Shown here: positions 1 to 6,049 of the stretch, piece by piece
Layout: each line of letters opens with the position of its first letter
How positions within the stretch are numbered: position 1 is the first letter of the stretch
Assembly: GCF_001735745.1 (NCBI RefSeq)
Contig: NZ_CP017260.1
Coordinates: 2,070,001-2,102,000 of the forward strand
Length of the DNA stretch: 32,000 nucleotides
Direction of reading: 5' to 3'
DNA from: Formosa sp. Hel1_33_131
GTDB taxonomy: Bacteria; Bacteroidota; Bacteroidia; Flavobacteriales; Flavobacteriaceae
Notes under the pieces: generated by a model
Told to the model about the DNA's origin: nothing
What the model saw: only the letters and a program-made list of their open reading frames with translations
Database searches by the model: none
Program-made: the position numbers and the translations under genes

Positions 1-356
1 ATAAAGTGGTAGAGCCTCAAAAAGAGACGGTTGCTTTTGAAGATTTTTCAAAGTTAGACCTCCGTGTGGGAACCATTATTTCGGCTGAAAAAATGCCTAA
101 AGCCAAAAAATTATTGGTACTTCAAGTGGATACAGGCATTGATGTGCGGACCATTGTTTCAGGGATTGCCGAGAGTTTCACTGCGGAATCTGTGATCGGG
201 AAACGTGTCACTGTTTTGGTGAATCTCGCCCCGCGTGCGTTGCGTGGCGTCGAAAGTCAGGGAATGATTTTAATGACCGAAACCCCCGAAGGAAAACTTG
301 TTTTTGTCAATCCAGATGTAGCACAGGAAACTGCGAATGGGTTGAAGATTAGTTAG
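1..356 (+). CDS. metG: methionyl-tRNA synthetase, C-terminal tRNA-binding (EMAP/Trbp111-like) domain; 5' part lies outside the window
   Basis: The translation KLDLRVGTIISAEKMPKAKKLLVLQVDTG...GMILM is the classic OB-fold tRNA-binding C-terminus of MetRS. The frame is open to the window edge and a strong terminator follows. Confidence 0.8.
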   Translation, partial: KVVEPQKETVAFEDFSKLDLRVGTIISAEKMPKAKKLLVLQVDTGIDVRTIVSGIAESFTAESVIGKRVTVLVNLAPRALRGVESQGMILMTETPEGKLVFVNPDVAQETANGLKIS

Positions 357-364
357 GGAAGTTT

Positions 365-403
365 AAAGTGAACGCCACGCTTTAGCGTGGCGTTCACTTT
401 TTT
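365..403 (+). terminator. rho-independent terminator of metG
   Basis: 16-bp perfect stem aaagtgaacgccacgc / gcgtggcgttcacttt with loop ttta, followed by a T-run. The core ccacgctttagcgtgg recurs at 2680 and, inverted, at 11261. Confidence 0.85.
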
Positions 404-495
404 CACCACCCCAGACCTCCGTAGCTCATGCGTTTCCCTTACCAAAAGTAAGGTAATAAAACGCTTAAAATCAGGGGTTTGAAAACAAAAAAATC

Positions 496-565
496 CCGTT
501 CCGTCCATTATTTGCCCGTTTATTACGTCAATCAGCTGTTTGTTACATAGTGTTTTTATATTTTG
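496..565 (+). promoter_or_regulatory. triple direct-repeat upstream site (copy A1) plus candidate -7 box
   Basis: ccgttccgtcc, ccgtttattac and ctgtttgttac start at 496, 516 and 536, an exact 20-bp phasing. The -7-like tatattttg at 557-565 is imperfect, with 3 rather than 2 nt between TA and TTTG. Confidence 0.5.
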
Positions 566-570
566 GATTT

Positions 571-653
571 AATTGCTTAATTGTACTTGAATTTGTAAGG
601 TAAATTCATTTCAGATAAAAAAGTCTCTCCATTAATTTGGAGGGGCTTTTTTT
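571..653 (+). ncRNA. candidate small RNA, A-type copy 1 (5' end approximate)
   Basis: There is no plausible ORF. It ends in a terminator aagtctctcca/tggaggggctt + T7 (621-653). That stem needs G-U pairs that form only in the + strand transcript. Confidence 0.45.
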
Positions 654-694
654 GTGGATTCCGTTTGGAGAAAGAGTCGCAAAAATTAACATCA

Positions 695-1086
695 GTCTTA
701 CGCTCTAGCTCTCTTTAGTCTTGATTCTTTGTTCTTTCCATTTTCATCTTCATACTTCATACTCGATACTTAGTACTCTTTAGTCTTTACTCTCTTTTCT
801 ATTCTCTCTTTTCTATTCTCTCTTTTCTATTTTCTATTTTCTTTGTTCTTTCCATTTTCATCTTCATACTCGATACTTAGTACTCTTTAGTCTTTACTCT
901 CTTTTCTATTCTCTCTTTTCTATTCTCTCTTTTCTATTCTCTCTTTTCTATTTTCTATTTTCTTTGTTCTTGATTCTTGATTCTTTGTTCTTTCCATTTT
1001 CATCTTCATACTCGATACTTAGTACACTTTACTCTATTTTCTTTCCTCCTCAAAATTCTTCATTTTTAACTTTTCGTTTTCCATTT
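695..1086 (-). repeat. heptanucleotide-periodic array (pyrimidine-rich on + strand) with higher-order repeats of about 114-141 bp
   Basis: Runs of 7-mers and 14-mers (tctcttttctattc x3, tttctat x2, cttcata ctcgata cttagta ...). The block ctttgttctttccattttcatcttcatact recurs at 727, 841 and 982. The strand field gives the purine-rich AGTnnnn strand. Confidence 0.85.
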
Positions 1087-1177
1087 ACCACCCCAGACCT
1101 CCGTAGCTCATGCGTTTCCCTTACCAAAAGTAAGGTAATAAAACGCTTAAAATCAGGGGTTTGAAAACAAAAAAATC

Positions 1178-1247
1178 CCGTTCCTTACACTATATGACCG
1201 TTTGTTACGTCAATCAGCCGTTTGTTACATAGTGTTTTTATATTTTG
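1178..1247 (+). promoter_or_regulatory. triple direct-repeat upstream site (copy A2)
   Basis: ccgttccttac, ccgtttgttac and ccgtttgttac start at 1178, 1198 and 1218 (20-bp phasing). Confidence 0.5.
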
Positions 1248-1252
1248 GATTT

Positions 1253-1335
1253 AATTGCTTAATTGTACTTGAATTTGTAAGGTAAATTCATTTCAGATAA
1301 AAAAGTCTCTCCATTAATTTGGAGGAGCTTTTTTT
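1253..1335 (+). ncRNA. candidate small RNA, A-type copy 2 (5' end approximate)
   Basis: Same body as 571-653. Terminator at 1303-1335. Confidence 0.45.
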
Positions 1336-1498
1336 GTGGATTCTGTTGGATGAAAGAGTCGCAAAAATTAGCAGGGGGGCTTGTCAAGTGGCTTAAGCCC
1401 CTTGTAATGGTTTAAGAATTTAGTCATCAGCTCAAGTCTTATGCTGAGGGACGTTGTTCGATAGGATGTCCATATTTGGCATATATAGATATTTTTAT

Positions 1499-1506
1499 TA
1501 TATTTG
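1499..1506 (+). promoter_or_regulatory. Bacteroidota -7 box (TAnnTTTG) for parDE
   Basis: tatatttg lies 24 nt upstream of the parD ATG. Confidence 0.55.
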
Positions 1507-1529
1507 ATACATCGCTAAAATGAAATAAA

Positions 1530-1763
1530 ATGAATGTAAGTCTCACACAAAAACAAAAAGATTATATCTCAAATCAAGTAGAATCTGGAGATTTTCAAAA
1601 TGCAAGTGAACTCGTTCGAGATGCTTTGCGTTTACATGAAGTCTATAGACACCGTGTTATTATGGATTTAAGAGCTGAAATTGAAAAGGGGTGGAATGGT
1701 CCCACAAGCAAGCGTACGGTTACAGATATAATTAATGAAAAACGTCAGAAAAAAGTACGCTAA
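1530..1763 (+). CDS. parD: type II antitoxin, ParD/CC2985 (ribbon-helix-helix) family
   Basis: 77 aa. The N-terminal MNVSLTQKQKDYI..SG.F.NASELVRDALRL pattern is typical of ParD. Its stop overlaps the next ATG (TAATG). Confidence 0.8.
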   Translation: MNVSLTQKQKDYISNQVESGDFQNASELVRDALRLHEVYRHRVIMDLRAEIEKGWNGPTSKRTVTDIINEKRQKKVR

Positions 1764-2071
1764 TGAGAAGCAAGATAACTCATTATCAACTGTCTCAAGA
1801 AGCCGATATTGATTTAGATGAAATTTTTGAGTATACTGAGAAAGCTCATGGATTTAATCAAGCTGTAGAATATCTTAACGCATTAGAAATTCTTTTTAAT
1901 ACATTGGTTTTAAATCCAGAAATAGGAAGAAAACGCCCTGAAATAAAGAGGGGTCTCTATAGTATTTCAGAACAATCCCGTAGTGTGTTTTATAGAATTA
2001 TGGAGACTTGTATTAGAATTGTAAGAGTGCTTCACGGACAAAAAGAGATCCCCAAACATTTTAAAAAATAA
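1763..2071 (+). CDS. parE: type II toxin, ParE/RelE family
   Basis: 102 aa. It carries A..DL..I..Y ... the IRIVRVLHGQKEI C-terminal pattern of ParE and is translationally coupled to parD. Confidence 0.8.
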   Translation: MRSKITHYQLSQEADIDLDEIFEYTEKAHGFNQAVEYLNALEILFNTLVLNPEIGRKRPEIKRGLYSISEQSRSVFYRIMETCIRIVRVLHGQKEIPKHFKK

Positions 2072-2082
2072 TATTTTGTTAC

Positions 2083-2147
2083 GTCATTGTTCGTACAGCG
2101 CGGCAATCTGTTCAGCACAAGTTTTAGATTCAACAGATTACTTCGTC
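2083..2147. repeat. solo copy of the palindromic 'gtcattg...cggcaatctg / cagattacttcgtc' element
   Basis: gtcattgttcgtacagcgcggcaatctgtt ... aacagattacttcgtc sits directly after the parE stop. It belongs to the same family as the arrays at 9447-10688. Confidence 0.8.
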
Positions 2148-2149
2148 TT

Positions 2150-2350
2150 AATACTTAATACTCTTTAGTCTTACGTCCCTTTAGTCTTACGTCTTACGTC
2201 TTGATTCTTGTAACTCGTAACTCATAACTCATAACTCATAACTCATAACTCTTCACTTTTAACTTATCATTTATCACTTATCACTTATCACTTATCACTT
2301 ATCACTTATCACTTATCACTTATCACTTATCACTTATCACTTATCACTTT
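2150..2350 (-). repeat. heptanucleotide array including 11 perfect ttatcac units (2271-2347) and 4 perfect ataactc units flanked by 2 gtaactc variants
   Basis: The 7-bp register is unbroken from 2210 to 2350 (20 units). tcttacg-type heptads lie upstream. Confidence 0.9.
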
Positions 2351-2376
2351 TAACTTATCCGTTTTGCCTCAAATTC

Positions 2377-2466
2377 CCGTTCCTTACACCATTGCCTTGT
2401 TTTATTACGTCAATGTGCCGTTTGTTACATGATGTTTTTAGTTTAGGAGATTAATAACTTTATTTG
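2377..2466 (+). promoter_or_regulatory. triple direct-repeat upstream site (copy A3) plus -7 box
   Basis: ccgttccttac is at 2377, a degenerate tgttttattac at 2398 and ccgtttgttac at 2418. tttatttg ends exactly 38 nt after the last TTAC. Confidence 0.55.
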
Positions 2467-2471
2467 TCATA

Positions 2472-2549
2472 ATTCGTTCAATTAAGTAGGTTCGAATTTA
2501 GTACTCAAAGGAAAAAAGTCTGTTCATTTATTTGGATGGGCTTTTTTTT
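2472..2549 (+). ncRNA. candidate small RNA, A-type copy 3 (diverged body, conserved terminator)
   Basis: Internal hairpin aattcg..cgaatt. The terminator aagtctgttca/tggatgggctt + T8 keeps pairing through G-U wobbles and a C-G to G-U change relative to copies 1 and 2. Confidence 0.5.
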
Positions 2550-2628
2550 ATGGACTTTTGGTAACTATGTCATTGGTCTGATTGTTGTTCGATCAGAATC
2601 GAAATCCTTAGTAATGACGTGTGTGTTG

Positions 2629-2704
2629 TCTATTTTCTATTCTCTTTTTTCTCACTTCTCACTTCTCGTTTTCCATTTACCACGCTTTAGCGTGGCGTCC
2701 ACTT
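2629..2704 (-). repeat. short heptad tract ending in the ttccatttaccacgctttagcgtggcgtccactt boundary hairpin
   Basis: The tract tctattt tctattc ... ctcactt ctcactt is followed by the same hairpin core as at 380-395 and, inverted, at 11252-11285. Confidence 0.7.
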
Positions 2705-2845
2705 CTTAAATCCATACATCTCCCTTACTAAAAGTAAGGCAAAAACAGACTTTTAGTAAGGATTTCCCTTACCTTCTCTGAGGTTTTTCTTCTTTTGAAC
2801 TGCTTTTTCCCTTTAAAAACCGCTCATTTTAACACCTCTTAAATC

Positions 2846-2935
2846 CCGTTCCTTACGCCTTTTGAACCGCTTATTACGTCAATGTGCCGTTTGTTACATG
2901 GTGTTTTGAACTGCTAGGGCTTCTCATTTTCTTTG
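2846..2935 (+). promoter_or_regulatory. triple direct-repeat upstream site (copy A4) plus -7-like box driving the CDS at 2957
   Basis: ccgttccttac at 2846, ccgcttattac at 2867, ccgtttgttac at 2887. tttctttg ends 38 nt after TTAC, and the ATG is 22 nt further on. Confidence 0.6.
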
Positions 2936-2956
2936 TCAAAGAAACATAAATATTAC

Positions 2957-3565
2957 ATGCGTCAAAACTTTACCTTACTTTTGGTTTTATTCAGTCTTTA
3001 TGGTTTTGCACAGTTGTATGTGCAGGAAGGCACGACCCTCAGTTTGGGAAGTCCACAAGCCGTTCTCAGTTCTCAAGAATCTAGCAATCAAATTAATGCC
3101 CCATTCCTTGGTGAGGGCGCACTTATACTCAACAGTGCATCCAAACAACGTCTGACCAGTAGCCAAGATGTTTTGGAACTTCCAACACTGCATATTGAAA
3201 ACGCCGATTTGGTACAACTCCAAACCGCCTTCAACATTCAAAACCAACTGCACGTTGCCCACGGACAACTGACACTGCTTCACCCCATAACACTTCCAAA
3301 TCCTACGTCGCTTGTTTTAGGTCAGTCTGCAGGAATTCTTACAACGCCACAAGGACCATTGGTGTACAACACCCAATTTGAAACTTCAAATCCTTTGGCG
3401 TTTCTGAACATACAACCCTTCTTACAATTTATAGAACCCAAAACACCTCCAACTACCAATTCTGTAGTGTTGGACTTTATACAGCGTTCCAACTTTGTAA
3501 CCTTCATACACACTAATTATAATTGGAACTTTAAACCCTCCACCCCTCCACCAAAAGCGGTTTAA
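2957..3565 (+). CDS. secreted hypothetical protein (signal peptide, no recognisable domain)
   Basis: The ORF-track frame begins at a TTG at 2933. The ATG at 2957 gives MRQNFTLLLVLFSLYGFAQ, a typical signal peptide. Function unknown. Confidence 0.6.
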   Translation: MRQNFTLLLVLFSLYGFAQLYVQEGTTLSLGSPQAVLSSQESSNQINAPFLGEGALILNSASKQRLTSSQDVLELPTLHIENADLVQLQTAFNIQNQLHVAHGQLTLLHPITLPNPTSLVLGQSAGILTTPQGPLVYNTQFETSNPLAFLNIQPFLQFIEPKTPPTTNSVVLDFIQRSNFVTFIHTNYNWNFKPSTPPPKAV

Positions 3566-3741
3566 TAGCAAGAATTAGGGAGTCAGTATTAAGCAAATCT
3601 AATTCTTTATGTCACGTAAAACGCCTCAAATGATAAATGAGAATCTGAAGTGCGTGTGTATTGAACAACAACCAAAAAAAACAAACAATTTTTTAACCCG
3701 AAGTCCAAAACTTCATACTTAACCATAAAACAATAATTATA

Positions 3742-4725
3742 ATGAAACATTTAAAACAACAACTATTAATGGTGCTGTTTGTAGCATCAGGGCTGATGTC
3801 CTTTGCGCAAGTAGGGGTAGGCACCACCGATCCCAAAGCCTCACTAGATGTTAGTGGTGATGCAGCTACTGCCACAAGCGTAGATGGTATCATAGCGCCA
3901 CGCCTTACAGGTGATCAGCTGAAAGCCAAAGATGCTGTGTACACCACAGATCAAAACGGAGCCATTGTCTATGTAACAGCAGCCGTCGGAACATCCACGG
4001 CTAAAACGATCAATGTGACTGCAGCTGGTTATTACTATTATGACAGTACAGTTCCTGTATGGAAGTCAATTGGTGGTGGAAGCGCTTCATCAGCTGGATT
4101 GGTTGCCAATCGTGTTGCTATCAGCAGTATTACTGCAGGAGCCAACGGCGTTTATACCGTTACCGATTCTAACACGCCAAGTGCAGCAGGTTCTCCTATA
4201 TTAGCAACCTATGAAGATGCTGCAGGGAATGTTACTTCTGTAAACATTAACAACCGAACTGCGGGTACTTCCTTTGATGTGACTTTTGCAGCCACACCCG
4301 ATGCCGCAGGATTTCTTAACTACGTATTTCCAACCGCCAATGTGAGTGTGGTTACAGGAGCCACAGGTCCAGCCGGAACAGCCGGAGCAGCCGCAACAGT
4401 CGCGGTAGGTACTGTATCTACATTAGCAGCAGGCGCCACGCCCACTGTTTCCAACTCAGGCACCACAGCCGCTGCTGTGTTAGACTTTGGGTTTGCAGTA
4501 GCCTCTGTATTAAAAGGCACACAAGCAACCGATGGTACCAATGCCGCATTTACAATTAGCAATACCAATATTAGTGCAACTTCTGTTGTCACCGTCAGCT
4601 ACCAAAATAGTAGCAACGAAATTATTAACCACGCCATTACGGCGATTGCAGCAGGTTCTTTTACAGTACAATTTGCAGCCACACCCGCTTCTGGTGGGAA
4701 GATCCTTTATACGGTAGTCAACTAA
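3742..4725 (+). CDS. secreted Ala/Thr/Gly-rich fibre-like surface protein
   Basis: Signal peptide ...SFAQ. The N-terminal module VGVGTTDPKASLDVSG...GIIAPRLTGDQ...GAIVYVT...YYYYD...WKSIGGG is followed by low-complexity GPAGTAGAAATVAVG segments. Confidence 0.7.
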   Translation: MKHLKQQLLMVLFVASGLMSFAQVGVGTTDPKASLDVSGDAATATSVDGIIAPRLTGDQLKAKDAVYTTDQNGAIVYVTAAVGTSTAKTINVTAAGYYYYDSTVPVWKSIGGGSASSAGLVANRVAISSITAGANGVYTVTDSNTPSAAGSPILATYEDAAGNVTSVNINNRTAGTSFDVTFAATPDAAGFLNYVFPTANVSVVTGATGPAGTAGAAATVAVGTVSTLAAGATPTVSNSGTTAAAVLDFGFAVASVLKGTQATDGTNAAFTISNTNISATSVVTVSYQNSSNEIINHAITAIAAGSFTVQFAATPASGGKILYTVVN

Positions 4726-4777
4726 ATTTTTAAACCCAATAAAAACAATAAAGAATTAATAATTAATAATTTAAACC

Positions 4778-5608
4778 ATGAAAAACAAGAACTTATTTTT
4801 AACCCTTTGCCTTATGGCAATGACGGTCTTTAGTTTTGCACAAGTGCAAAAAATAGACAACCTACAAGTAAATACAACGATGACTCCACCCGTTGTGACT
4901 AAAGTACAAATGGATGCCTTAACTCCCACAGCAGGCTTGATGGTGTATTGTACGGATTGTTCTCCAAAATGGCTTTATGTGGCTGATGGATCTAGCTTTG
5001 CAACTATAGGAGGAGGGCTAACTGCAGGAGTTATCCTTGCAGCGGGTGAGATATTTTCGCCTACCGGTAAAATATGGATGGACAAAAACCTTGGTGCAGC
5101 TTCTGTAGCAACAAGTTCTTCAGATGCAGCCTCTTATGGAGATTTATACCAATGGGGTAGAAAAGATGATGGGCACCAAATACGTACTAGCGCAACTGCT
5201 GCTGGCCCTGTAGCTGCGGGTGCAGAAGGTGCAAATTTTATTACCAGTATCACCATTCCTAATGATTGGTTATCTACACAAGATGGTAACCGTTGGTATG
5301 GAGAACTTTCTGTAAACGACCCTTGTCCTGCAGGCTATAGAGTACCTAGTGGTTCTGAGTGGCAAGCAGAACGTAATACTTGGGCAACAAAAAATAATGC
5401 AGGTGCTTTTACCGCACTTAAACTTCCAGTTGCTGGTTACCGCCACTTCATTAATGGTGCGCTCGGCAACTTGGGTAGCACCGGCGGCTATTGGTCAAGT
5501 ACGGTTAGTGGTACTTACGCTCGCCGCCTAGGCTTCAGTAGCAGTGATGCCACCATGTACAGTCTCCCTCGTGCTTACGGCTTTAGTGTACGTTGCATTA
5601 AGGATTAA
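4778..5608 (+). CDS. FISUMP-domain (Fibrobacter succinogenes major paralogous domain, TIGR02145-like) secreted protein
   Basis: IWMDKNLGA...YGDLYQWGR..DGH...DPCPAGYRVPS..EW...LKLPVAGYR...GGYWSST...FSVRCIKD is the family signature. A signal peptide is present. Confidence 0.8.
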   Translation: MKNKNLFLTLCLMAMTVFSFAQVQKIDNLQVNTTMTPPVVTKVQMDALTPTAGLMVYCTDCSPKWLYVADGSSFATIGGGLTAGVILAAGEIFSPTGKIWMDKNLGAASVATSSSDAASYGDLYQWGRKDDGHQIRTSATAAGPVAAGAEGANFITSITIPNDWLSTQDGNRWYGELSVNDPCPAGYRVPSGSEWQAERNTWATKNNAGAFTALKLPVAGYRHFINGALGNLGSTGGYWSSTVSGTYARRLGFSSSDATMYSLPRAYGFSVRCIKD

Positions 5609-5613
5609 TAAAA

Positions 5614-5655
5614 AAGAGACAAGAGTCAAGAGTCAAGAGTCAAGACTAAAAAAAG
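5614..5655 (+). repeat. heptad tract (agagtca x3 and relatives) in the 3' UTR of the FISUMP gene
   Basis: agagaca agagtca agagtca agagtca agactaa lies between the stop codon and the terminator. Confidence 0.75.
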
Positions 5656-5685
5656 ACTCAGCAGTCTTAAGTACTAAAATTAAAG

Positions 5686-5717
5686 ACCATCGCATTGAGT
5701 TGCGGTGGTTTTTGTTT
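5686..5717 (+). terminator. rho-independent terminator
   Basis: Stem accatcgca/tgcggtggt (one G-U pair, valid on the + strand) with loop ttgagt, followed by ttttgttt. Confidence 0.7.
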
Positions 5718-5721
5718 AAAA

Positions 5722-6030
5722 AGTATTAAGATGAAAGTGGAAAGTGGAAAGTGGAAAGTGGAAAGTTAAAAGTTAAAAGTGAAAAGTGAAAAGTGAAAAG
5801 TGAAGAGTTAAGAGTTATGAGTTAAAAGTTAAGAGTTAAAAGTGAAAAGTGAAAAGTGAAGAGTTAAGAGTTATGAGTTAAAAGTGAAGAGTTAAAAGTG
5901 AAGAGTTAAAAGTTAAGAGTTATGAGTTATGAGTTAAGAGTTACAAGACGTAAGACTAAAAAGTAATGAGTACTAAGTATTAAGTATTAAGAAAAAAGAG
6001 CATAGAGCATAGAAAATAGAAAAGAACACG
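5722..6030 (+). repeat. largest heptanucleotide array (purine-rich on + strand), about 44 units
   Basis: agtggaa x4, agttaaa x2, agtgaaa x3, agtgaag, agttaag, agttatg and so on. The register is kept for about 220 bp, then slips by 2 nt and continues as agtaatg agtacta agtatta x2 agagcat x2. Confidence 0.9.
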
Positions 6031-6049
6031 AATTTAAAACGATATTAAA

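Larger units (their letters stand above)
405..689 (+). repeat. about 285-bp direct-repeat module, copy 1 (hairpin region + triple CCGTT site + sRNA-like unit)
   Basis: Near-identical to 1087-1370 at an offset of 682 bp. Divergence is concentrated in the first two CCGTT repeats. Confidence 0.9.
1087..1370 (+). repeat. about 285-bp direct-repeat module, copy 2
   Basis: See 405-689. Confidence 0.9.

Noticed and set aside
964-1164. ORFs inside the heptad arrays (964-1164 +, 5544-5729 +, 11216-11425 -)
   Set aside because: They give low-complexity repetitive translations (SIFF..., FSLL...) generated by 7-bp repeats read in 21-nt cycles. They have no start context and cross terminators or module boundaries.
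2987-4592. Antisense ORFs 2987-3283, 3322-3513, 3693-3893 and 4320-4592 (minus strand), and the overlapping + frame 4532-4717
   Set aside because: They lie wholly inside, or overlap, better-supported + strand genes with signal peptides and recognisable motifs. Their composition is typical of shadow frames.
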